NCBI GenBank assembly: GCA_037447605.1
Contig: CM074810.1
Span: forward strand, 186,001-250,000
DNA from: Zygnema circumcarinatum SAG 698-1b
Lineage: Eukaryota > Plantae > Zygnematophyceae
Direction: 5' to 3'
Length of the DNA: 64,000 bases
The notes under the pieces were generated by a model. It was given only the letters and a program-made list of their open reading frames with translations. It searched no databases and had not been told where the DNA came from. The position numbers and the translations under genes were made by a program. Numbering within the stretch: position 1 is the first letter of the stretch; each line of letters begins with the position of its first letter. This document shows, one piece after another, positions 48,801 to 61,216 of the stretch.

Positions 48801-49805
48801 TATATATGAGCTACATACAGTACATTGAAAACCCATGACTTACCTTGTATTGCGTGCTAGCAGATCGACCATATAACACAATGCTCTGATCGGGGTCCCA
48901 CTCTAACTCATTTTCATCGATTACCTGCCAAGCAACATAAACGATCAACTCATTCCTAACATGAGCAAAAAATAAAGTTGCTAGTATTTACTGCAGCTTC
49001 GCCCAGTTCCAGATTCCGACCACGATATGGTGAAGCGGTCCGAGGCAAGCAAGGAGGGAAAAAAGGTAGAAAGAGTGACATAATGAGTTTTTACAACTAA
49101 AAATTGACGAAATGAATACTCAAATGCAAAAGTAAGCGCATACAAGCAACGCAAAATCTTCAGAAGGGATATTTTCCAGCCTCGTTCTCCAGTCTCCAGG
49201 CCACGAGTTCAACAACACATCATCTGCCAAAGTCTCTGCAATGCATTAAAAAAACTCAGCTCAATCAAGCAATCATATGTTATACATTCAGATATTTATA
49301 GTTTGATGCTTTCAAAGCGATCTGTAGTATCAGACATCGCATAGGATCCATATTCCAATACGAGTACATAGAATGAGCATAAAAGGAGCGTGGGCAAAGA
49401 ATTACATGATTTTTTACCCTTTCCACATTACTTGAACAGAACACGAAATTGAAATTGGACGGTAGATCAGCTTTGCGATGCTTACAGAAGTAAACAAAAG
49501 AAATGGATGAATAAGAAAAATGCACGTACAACTCGGCAAGACTTCAAAAATATTAAATGCAGAGTAGAAAAAGGTGTACATTCTTGAACTACATTGGCAT
49601 TGACATCCTTATGAACACAAAAGAACAAGTACAATCACAACGTATAATCAGTGAAGTCACGAGTAGCCAAACAACTCAATAGTAAAACACAGTGACATGA
49701 AGCATCTTACAATAACAGACCTGCATGGCTGACTAGATTCCAATTCCCCTGAGTTGCGAGCCCATTGTGAGAGAGCAGACTCATTTTGAGAGAGACAGCT
49801 TTCAT
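42849..49805 (-). CDS. Unrecognised ~1426-aa protein (small N-terminal Trp/acidic domain, coiled coil, long disordered Ser/Gly/Glu region), exons 49805-49721, 49235-49144, 48924-48844, 48631-48330, 48187-48076, 47575-47082, 46662-46521, 46344-43414, 43173-43155, 42871-42849
   Basis: Contains a 2.9-kb non-repetitive open exon (track ORF 43381-46377). Ten GT-AG exons total 4281 nt with every phase consistent. The start and the last two small exons are inferred. Confidence 0.75.
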
Positions 49806-50303
49806 TCAAGAAAGGCGACTATCGAAACAAAGAAAAAGGACACTGCAGACCAAAACACAAACCCTAAAATCGACGCCAGAAACTCTTCTTTCTTCGCCCT
49901 CTCCCTCCCCCTCCCTCTCCTTCTCCTCCTCCCTCTACATCTCGCTCTTTCCCTGTCACCGTCCTTGTCCCTCTCTCTGTCTCCGTCACCCTCTCGCTCG
50001 CCCTTTTCTCTCCGTATCACTCTACTTGTCTCAACTCCCCCATTCCCTCGCCCTCTCCCGCTCCCTCTACATCTCCCCCTACCTCTCCCTCTTCCTTTCC
50101 TTCTCCCTCTCCTTCTCCCTCTCCCTCTCCCTCTGCCTCTCCCTCTCCCTCTCCCACTCACTCTCCCTCCACCTCCCTGCAGGACGACTTCCAGCGCGCC
50201 ACGTGGCAGTAAGGAGCCGTACCTTGGCGCCTCCTCCTCCAGGTCCCTCCTCCCCTCCCCTCCCCCGCCCTCGCCCGCCCGCCTGAAAGCGACGTCTCAC
50301 GCT

Positions 50304-50403
50304 TCCAAAACCCTAAAACGTCCAAAACCCTAAAATGTCCAAAACCCTAAAAAGTCCAAAAACCTAAAATGACCAAAACCCTAAAATGTCCAAAACCCTA
50401 AAC
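50304..50403 (+). promoter_or_regulatory. 17-bp tandem telo-box array (CCAAAACCCTAAAATGT x6) in the divergent intergenic region
   Basis: Each unit carries AAACCCTA or a one-base variant, and the array lies just upstream of the minus-strand unknown gene. Confidence 0.7.
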
Positions 50404-51479
50404 GTCACTTCCGAAGCCCGAAATGTCACATCCACGACCCCTTCCAAAAGGCCGGACCGTCAGAAACCTGTCCAAGAAACCACCAAATAACCAAAATTTT
50501 CTGCAAAAACCAGGTTACCTGCTTCCAAAACCCTGCAGCTCACTGCATCTTCTAAAGTCTCAAGAGCTTGCTGCTAGCGAAAAATGGCGAGCCCTTTCCA
50601 TGTTTCAAAGCTCCGTTCAACAGCTATGACATGGAACTCGGCTCCAACCTTTTGGACGAGAAGTCAAAACCAGTTTGAAACTTCACGAAAAAGTTTGAAA
50701 CCGGACGCCGGAAAACGGCCAAACCAAGGAACCAGCCAATGGGGCGCATTTATGATGACGCCAGTGCGCGGCAATCAGACGTCACTCGGCGGAGGCGCCA
50801 TGCTCGACTGGCTGGCTCCTTCCGGAAGACGCCAAATCTCGCCACGTGGCCGCAGATGACAGGCTCTGAATTCGCCGTCAGTTTGCGCGCACTCATCCTT
50901 GTCACGGTCATTCACGACAAAACCACCGTACTGCACTGTAATTGTATTTGTCCGTACAGTACATGCATATTCGTCGTTTTACCGGTACGGACAAGATTTT
51001 TATTATTTTGCGAGAAGATTCCAAAATCGCTCGTACAAAAGCGTACGAAAATCTGTCCTGATCCGTTGCGTGCCGGAAAGGGACGGCGTCGGCGACTTTC
51101 CAAGGGGAGGCGAATGGACTGTACGGTTAGTTTCCGTACAGATTGTACACTATTTCCCTGTGGAATCCGTAAGTTCTATTTAAATCTGACTACCACGGAA
51201 CTACGGCTGCATGGACCGTCAACACGCGCGACCTGGTGAAAACGACAATACTGAATATATCGTACCGTATCGTTACCTAACGTATCATAGCGTCTGGTGT
51301 ACTATATGTCTATATCACATCGTATCGCACCGTTTCGTATCGTGTCGCATCACATTGTATCGTACAATAGCGTATCGTATCGGTGGTATGCAGTTCACAT
51401 TTGCGGCACTGACCTGTATCGGTTCCGCCCCCCTGCTTGAAGCGGGGGCCACGTGTCGGCGGGAGCGGGAAAGGCGGGG

Positions 51480-52700
<1,221 letters not shown>

Positions 52701-53135
52701 AGGACTTCTTTTTGAAGTGAGAGTATGTGCATTGATCTGAGTCTAAATCCAATTCATAAAAAAATGTTTTGTTTGCCAAGTGTGTTTGTGTTTTCCCATG
52801 CTCATGGCAACAGAAACAACAATAACCCTACATAATGAAAGCTCATAAAATTGTTCAACACTGCACAAAGGCGCAAAGAGAAAAAGAGAGACAATGGGGG
52901 GGGGGAAAGAGACGGAGCGAGAGAGAGAGAGATTCTCAAAAAATTGCCATGTCTTCTTCCCTTCGTCATTGTTATTTCCAACTCAAACCTCATCTCAACT
53001 GCCAAAACCGCTCTAACACGGAGGCCATGCTCGTCTCCATGATGCATGGATGCATGCATGGCCCCATCCATGCTCACTCATACTCCCCCCCCCATCCCCT
53101 CCCTCTCTCCCTCCCTCCCTCCCTCTCTCCCTCCC

Positions 53136-56100
53136 TCAGGTGCCCCCGCCCATGCCCGGGTTGAGGCCGAGCAGCATGTTGTTCCCCGAGGGTAGGTACA
53201 CAATGTTCCTGCTTTTGGCGAGCGTCCCCGCGATCTCCCTTGCGGCCTCTATGCGGCGGAGGTCCACCAGGGCTGTGCCCACAGTCGCGGTCACCTCGGA
53301 AATCTTGGGAGGGAGAGAGTTAAGGAGACAGCAGGGAAGGGGGGGAGGGGGGGGGAGGGGAGGGGATGGGGTTTTAGGGTTTAGGGTTTAGGGTTTAGGG
53401 TCATAACATTTTGGGGTTCTTTAGAGTTTGAAAGGGTTTGATCCAAGAAGCAGAAGAAGCATTAGGAGGTAAGGAAAGGGGAGGAGGAGGGGTGGGAGGG
53501 GAGGGGAGGGGATGGGGTTTTAGGGTTTAGGGTTTTCATGACATTTTGGGGTTCTTTAGAGTTTGAAAGGTTTTGATCCAAGAAGCAGAAGATGCATTAG
53601 GAGGTAAGCAGAGGGGAGGAGGAGGGGGATACAAGGCGCGCTGCTTCACTCTCTCCTTCCGCCCGTACAATGGCCGCCCTCCTCTCCTGCTCCGCCTTCA
53701 TCACCACGAATTTGGATCGCTCCGCCTCCTGTTGGGCTGCGCTTCTCAAACACAAAAAAAAACGCTTAAAAAAAGAAAGAAAACGAAATCTGATCACAAA
53801 AACTGACCTTGTTAACCTTTCTAATTTTAAGGTTTCTCGCATTTTCACAAAGAAAGACTTGTGATCTTGAAGTGGGACTGAGCGTGAGATTCAAAGTGGA
53901 CCCTTGTTCATCTAGCGATTCGAGGGTGGATCTGTACATCTTGGTGCTCAAGGTGGACCCTGGATCATCAGGTCAGGTCAACTTTTGGAAGTTGAAACTT
54001 ACCAACTTGCTTCTGCTCAACTGCTCGTGAAAACTCCGCTCCATATGACAGATGAGTCTGCCCCCCATAACACACCCAACATTCAACAAAAACTAGGAAG
54101 GAAGAACTCTGCCTCTCTCTCTTCCCATATCCTCTCTCTAATCTGAACCAAAAACCAAAATCTAAATCTGAATCTGAATCTGAATCTGAATCTGAACCAA
54201 AAAACAGACGAATATAGTGGGGAGGGCCATTATCTATGGTCCCTATTCATTCATTTATTCATTCAGCCTTCATGGCTCAAACATTGTTCTTAAGTTGGGG
54301 AACATGAGAGGCATGAGAGGCTCACCAATGCCACGTCATCAAGCACGAGGTTGAAGTCCTTCGCTCTGCTTGTGAGCGCTTCCTTCACGAGCTTTGAGAC
54401 CTGCCCCGAGCCATCCGTGCGAGGAGGGATGGGATGGGTCAGCCTCGGGCCAATCACAGCGTGCCACGTCAAAATATTTGCACACGTGGCAAACCGTGAT
54501 TGGTTACGACTTCTCGATGAGAGTCCCACCCATAGTGATGATGACGATGACGATGATGATGATGATGATGAAGAATAATGAATATGTCATAACAACACAC
54601 AGGACAAACCCTTAAAACCCTAAAAACCCTAAAGCCCTAAAACCCTAAAAACCCTGAAACCCCTAAAAGCCCTAAAAACCCAACAACCCCTAAAAGCCCT
54701 AAAATTCATTATTAAAAAAATTCAAAGAAGGAGATTGTTTTGTTTTGCACTCACGAATGGCCTGTCAGTGAGCAGTTGATCGGCATTGAACTGCGCCTGC
54801 AAGCCCTCCCATAAATCAATTGAAAACGTTAACAAAATCAATGGAACCCCGCCACTAAACAAGTTCAAAGGGAAAAACCTGCAAGAAAAAAAGTACGACT
54901 ATGCTTCTCCAGAAAGAAAAATCGATAATATTTCAGCTACATGAATCATTCCAGACAAAGGAGAGGAAAAGAATAAGCACCGCCAGTGCGAGAGCTTTTT
55001 TTTCCCAAAAACCGCTCCCCCTCCCAGGTGGTAATGGAAGGGGAGGGAGGGAGGGAGGGAGGGAAGAGGATGGGATGAGAGAGGGAGAGGGTGAGAGTGG
55101 GGAGAGCGGGACAAGACGAGGTAGAGGAACGAGGGGGAGAGGCTGAGGACGGGAAGAGAGGGAGAAGAGAGAGGGAGAAGAGAGAGGGAGGGGCGAGAGG
55201 GGAGAGGATAAGAGAGGCGAGGGGGTGGGAGAGGGGAGGGAGGGAGAACAAGTGCTCGTTAGTGAAGAATAAACATTCCAAAAAGCACATACCACGACTG
55301 CCTTTAGCACTTCATTTCCGATAGAAGGTAAAACCCGTTCATCATAATCCAAACCGAGAGTTTGGAAAATGTTCGGAAGTTTTTCAACGTCCGGCCGAGA
55401 AAGCACTCGCAGAGTCAAATTCACCATCTGCAGATCTGTCTCCCAAAAAGCAAAAAGTGAAAATAAATTGAATTAGGCTTAGGGAGTTAACGGGGGAATG
55501 AGGCATGTACATACCTACATTTTCAGTCTTACCTTAGGCAACATCATCATGATTTAGATTGGCTGAGGGGGGGCTCAAAATGGGGTATGAAATGGGATAT
55601 AAATGCTGTCTAAATTGGACCTAAATGAGGTGCAAAGGAATCAATGGGGTCGGGGTCTACGACTATATTCCAATTTACCCTTTGACTGCGCCGAAAGTTA
55701 AATCCTAAGCTCTAAAATGCAGTATAAACGCAGTCTCAATGGTGCCTAAATGGGCCCCAAATGGGTACGAACGGAGTGTAAATCCCGATTCACCCTTTCA
55801 GCCGGTGACGAAATTCCAAGTGCTAAGTGCTGCAGCAGTCTAAACTCGACCCTTCTGTGGGCCCCACCCAGCCCTATGTGGGCCCCACCCACCCTTATGT
55901 GGGCCCCACCCAGCCCTATGTGGGCCCCACCCACCGACCCACGTACCCTTGGTGCCGGTGACGGAGGTGATGGAGCGCGGGCGCGTGCGCACGTCCATGA
56001 CGTACGGCTTCTGCAGCCACGGGACGAGCAGGTGCGTGCCCTCGCCCACCGTCTGCTCGAGCACGCCCCGGAACCGGTCGAACACCACCGCGCGCTCGCC

Positions 56101-57078
56101 GCCGTCCACTGCGCACGCAGACAGAGGGGAGGGAGGGAGGGGGAGGGAGGGAGGAGAGAGAGGGAGGGAGGAGAGAGAGGGGTGAGAGGGAGGGGAGGAT
56201 GGGGGAGGGAGGGAGGGAGGAGAGAGAGGGGTGAGAGAGAGGGGGGATGGGGGAGGGAGGGAGGGAGGAGAGAAAGGGGTGAGAGAGAGGGGTGAGAGAG
56301 AGGGGAGGGAGGGAGGGAGGGAAGGCCGGGGGGGGAGTGGGGGAAGGGGAGGGACGAGACGGATGAGAGCGAGGGGAGGCTGAGGTAGGGAGGGAGGGAG
56401 GGGGGAGGGGAGGGAGGAGAGGGGTGAGAGTGACGGGAGGCGGAGGGAGGGGGAGGGGGGAGGAGGAGGGTCCCGGGAGGGAAGGGGGAGATAGGGGAAA
56501 GCAGTGGGAGGGGTAAGGCAGGGAAGCGGAGAGGAGGGAGGTGAGACGGGGAGAGGGGCAGAGGATGAGGGGGGCTTATGCGAAGCGATCGGGGGTGAGG
56601 GAGGTAGGGACGGGGGAGGGAGGGGTGAGAGAAGGAGAGGACGAGAGAGGGGAGGGCGAAGGACAGGCCGAAGTAGAGGAGAGAGGGGGAGAGTCTGAGA
56701 AGTTTATGCTCATGTGAAAGGGAAAACAAAACTTCTCATAAACAAATAAATAAATAATTTCTAGCGACTTATTATCTAAGGTTTAGCACTTTACAGGGTT
56801 TTCAATTTTCTGGGGTTTAGAAAACAGCGTTCAGGTCTCAAGATTCGGAAGTTGGGCGCCACAATTCGGACATTTGGAATTAGGATTTTCAATAAGAGAA
56901 CGGAAGAGAAGGACAGGGAGAGGGAGAGAGAGCGAGGGAGAGGGAGGGAGCGGGAGCGAGGGGGAAAAGGGACAGAGTGTATGCCTGTATAGAGAGAGGC
57001 GTTGAGGAGGCTCCCGCCAAGCCCCAACGTGATCGCTGCACGTGCGACGTTCGTCAGCACATTCCCTGTTTGGTTCAT
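53136..57078 (-). CDS. PHB: Prohibitin (PHB1/AtPHB3-4 type), exons 57078-56985, 56108-55947, 55435-55293, 54796-54755, 54400-54326, 54057-54003, 53736-53633, 53303-53136 (280 aa)
   Basis: Motifs LYT|[72 protein letters not shown] and [10 protein letters not shown]. The model is 843 nt; intron 1 needs a GC donor. Confidence 0.96.
53358..53610. repeat. ~150-bp tandem duplication inside PHB intron 7 containing TTTAGGG repeats
   Basis: 53358-53472 and 53506-53610 share GGGATGGGGTTTTAGGG...ACATTTTGGGGTTCTTTAGAGTTTGAAAGG...GATCCAAGAAGCAGAAGA.GCATTAGGAGGTAAG. Confidence 0.85.
54608..54705 (+). repeat. Degenerate telomere-like tract (A3-5CCCTA variants) in PHB intron 4
   Basis: AAAACCCTA, AAAGCCCTA and AAACCCCTA units are visible. 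Confidence 0.75.
55857..55935. repeat. 21-bp tandem repeat x4 (GTGGGCCCCACCCAGCCCTAT) in PHB intron 2
   Basis: Four GTGGGCCCCAC cores at 21-bp spacing. Confidence 0.9.
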
Positions 57079-57109
57079 TGCGCCACGTGGCAGCGTCTGC
57101 TCGCCTCTC

Positions 57110-57176
<67 letters not shown>

Positions 57177-58029
57177 GAGGGGGGGGAGAAGGGTCAGCGA
57201 AGAGCAGTGTGCCACGCCGACAGTCCGCGAGGAGGCGGAGACGGAAGGGCCCCTTCAGCCGCCTTCCCTCGAGTTCCGCGTTTCCGGTTTTCTAGATTCT
57301 CGGTTTTTGCCCGTTTCCGGTTTCTGATTTTCGATTTCTGGTTTTCGGTTTCTGGATTTTGGTTTCTGGTTTTCAGTTTCTGATTTTTGATTTTTTCGGT
57401 TTTCAAGAAGGGGTTTAAAGGGGGCTTTCGACGTGGCCGAGGAGCATACGGTAAACGACAAACTGAAACGAAAATTGCTCCGTCAGCGGAATTGAACTGT
57501 AACGGATTTACCAACTGAGTACATAGAAACGAGGTCGACGCGCATTGGCCTCTAGGATCGGCCATCCAACGGCCAGGAGGCGCACCTCGCACATGCGGAG
57601 GAACCGAATATTTCAAAACCGACGCAGGCGGAAATTGTAAAAAAATGTTAAACGGAACGGCGCACATGGAACTCCAAAAAACGGCTGCTGACATCGTCTC
57701 TCGGACTCCGTTTCATCGAATTTGCGACTAAGTTCTTTGCCATACATGAAACCCTAAATCTTAAACCCTACACCTTAAACCCTAAACCCTAATCTAGGAT
57801 TCCCTAGTTTTTGTCAAAAACCTTGGTGAAAAAATGGCGAACGCCGGCTTTCAAACGAACGAGGACGACAACCGCATCCTGCAAACAGACGGCAAAAACG
57901 TTGTCTCAATTCAAGAAAAACAAACAAACAATTCGCCTCAAAGCTCACCCAAAACCCTCACACCCTCAAAACCCTCAACTCGGTGTTGTGAAAGTTTGCA
58001 ACTTGAAGGTTAGGGTTTGCGTTGCAGCT

Positions 58030-61000
58030 TTCTGGTTTGATGACGTCAGCTTTTAGGGTTTGGTTGTGGGCCCCACCACGCACGCCGACACTGCGCCGCC
58101 TCCCTCCTCACTATGCGCTTTGGGTCGTCCAATGCCGCGGTGACAGCTGGCACTACCTGCAGCAGTTGAGCATGGAACCGTTCCAGGCAACGGTATAACA
58201 GCAAACTGTGTTAGGTTTAAAAAAAAAAAAACCCCGGGTGACAAACAGAGTCGCAATCAGATATTTTTTTTCTCTCCCTCCCCCTTCCCTACCTCCCCAG
58301 TTTTTTTTTTTTTTAGAAAGGGGCCCAAAAATGGGGTAGAATTCCCTCCTCACCTGTCCGCGGTGAGGGTACACGAGCGCGTGAGGGAGAACCACGAGGA
58401 GGGCGAGAAGCTGCAGAGAAGCTTCCCGCACACTCTGAAGTGGGCCCCACCCACAGCCACAAGAGAAAACGAAATCGTTATGAATGAAGGAGAGGAGAGG
58501 GAAAGAGAGGGAGAGAAGGGGACGCGGAGGGAGGGAGGGAGACGAGAGGGAGAGAGAGGGAGAGAAGGGGACGTGAAGGGAGGGAGGGAGAAGAGAGGGA
58601 GAGAGTAGCGGACGTGTGGAGAGAGGACGAGGGAGAGAGAGAAGGAGAGGAGGAAAGAGCGAGAGGAGGAGCGAGAGGGAGGGAGGGAGACAGACAGGGA
58701 GGGAGAGAGGGAGTGCCCACCATGGCCTCCTGATAGCTGACAAGTGGCACCAGCCGATTGATGACAGCTGGCACGTGCTCGGCCACCAGCGCTTGCCCTG
58801 TTTCCATGCAGGCAGGGGGTCAGTTTCAAGCTCGAAACTGAACAGCTGGAAATGGTACATAGAGACACGTCCTAGAAACTATAATCTCCCACACTTTGAA
58901 AACATTAAAACTTATATATATAAATATATATACAGATATATATTTCTGCAGAGCCCCCCCCCCCCCCCCTTCCCTAAAGTAAAGGGGGGAGAAAGGGCAA
59001 GGGAATTTGAATTCCGTACCGTTGAGCTCATCCATGAGGAAAGCAGAAAGTGCCAAAAGAACAGCCTGCAGCAACACGTGGCTGCTCCTCCTCCTGCCAC
59101 GTGGCAGCGTCTCAAGGGCACCGAGCAGCAGAGGAAACACCTGACCAGGAGAGAACAACAGAAAGCTTTGTTCGACAGAGATCACATGCATAGAACACAA
59201 TAATGCAGTTTTTTTTTATGTACAGTAAATCTGGTAAATCGCTAAAACCCAATTTTGTCGTTGAGAATATTTGAGAAAGAACATCCGATCACTTAGACCA
59301 AGTCAAACCCGTTGATCCTGTTGACTTGATGACGTCATGCCTGATGGTGGCATCTGCACGCATACATACCCATACATACCTTCCTGCCCTCTCCCAGCAT
59401 GACAGCTGGCATCATCGCCTGCGCCACGTAGGCAAATCCACGATAGCACGCGACCCTGTCACAGGTTGCCACGTGGCAATGTAAATCCGCCATCCGCTAT
59501 TAACCCTTTCTTCATTCTAAAAATTCTCAAAGTTGTGAACTCATCCTTTTGCTTCTTCGTTTCTCAGGTTAACTTTCCGTTCCAATTCAAGATTCAACCC
59601 TAACCCTAACCCTAACCCTAACAGTAACCCTAACCCTAACCCTAACCCTAACCCTAACCCTAACACTAACCCTAACCCTAACCCTAACCCTAACTCTAAC
59701 CCTAACCCTAACCCTAACTCTAACCCTAACCCTAACCCTAACCCTAACCCTTACCCTAACCCTTCCTTAGGACTCTTTTAAACAAAATAAAATTAGGGTT
59801 TAGGGTTTATTTAGGAGGTCTCACCTCCCCTCGGCGGAGGTATCCGGGGCCCCAATTGCTTCAATAAACGCATTTAAAAAATGGGTGAAAATTCGCTGCC
59901 TGTAAATCACCTTTTCCCGTGCATGACTTTCCCTATTTAGCCCCCCCTTAGTTTTTTCGACCATCACTCCCACCCCCTCCGCAGCTGCCTCTACCATCTC
60001 CTCCCTCCTATCCTCCGGCTGCCACGTGGCACCTCCTGACTGGTCGGCGCCCTCAACCTCAGGTGAATCCAACATGGGTTTGTCTTTTCCTCCCCCACGA
60101 AGAACTGTAACTAACACGTGCATAGAACGGGATGCGTGGGGGTGTCCGTACATGGCCATAGCCTTCCCGACAAGTGCGAGAGTGGTAACGGAACGGAGCC
60201 TTGATCTATGCTGTTCTTCCGTTAGAACGGTGGGCCGTTCGGAAGGCGAGAGTAGGGCGAGGAGTGAGTCAAAAGTGGGCTCTAAGAAGGAAGCCAAAGT
60301 TGACTCAGGCCACTTATTGAGCAGAGAGGCGAGTCCTAATGCTGATAAAGAGGAAATTTTTTCACTCACTGAAGGAGAAATAGCGAGATTTAATAAGTGA
60401 GAAGCGAGTAAAGATCGGTCAGGGACAAATGTTTCGGGCCATAATCCGACCATTGCGGCGGAAATGAAGGTGGTCAGAGGCGCCACGTGGCTGATTCTGG
60501 TGGCGCCATCTGGCGTCCAATCGTCGGTCTGATTGGCTGCCGAGTTGCCACCTGTCAGTCGCAGATAGGAGGGAACCACGAGCTGCAGAAGGGCCTCCTG
60601 CTGAGCTGGCAGGCAGATCTGGACGGCGGCTTGTACGGCGCCACCTGTCGCTTCTAGAACCTGAAGCAGGTTGACAAGATTGTGAAGGAGGGAGTGAGAG
60701 AGAGAGAACGAGAGAGAGAGAGAGGGAGGAGCGAGAGAGAGAAAAGGGGAGAGAGAGAGGAGGGAGAGGGAGAGAGAGGGCGAGAGAGAGAGGAGCGAGA
60801 GAGAGAGGGGGAGAGAGAGTGGAGGGAGTGATGGAGGGGGAGAGAGAGAGGAGGGAGTGAGAGAGGGGGAGAGAGAGAGGAGGGAGTGAGAGAGAACGAG
60901 AGAGAGAGGAGGGAGTGAGAGAGAGAGAACGAGAGAGAGGAGGGAGTGAGAGAGAGAGAACGAGAGAGGAGCGAGTCAGAGAAGGGGAGAGAGAGAGGGG

Positions 61001-61162
61001 GGAGAGTGAAAGAGAGGGGGAGAGAGAGGTAGAGAGGGAGACTTACATCGTCAGGCACAGGTGGCGAGGTTGGCGAAAGGGCAAGTTCCATGGCTTCCCA
61101 CAGTTTCCGTAAAAAGTCCGTCACGGCTGACAGTTCTATGCCCTCCATGTTGAAGCTGTTCG

Positions 61163-61216
<54 letters not shown>

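Noticed and set aside
59596-59763. A real chromosome end
   Set aside because: The array is short and sits between phase-compatible MMS19 exons, so it is interstitial.
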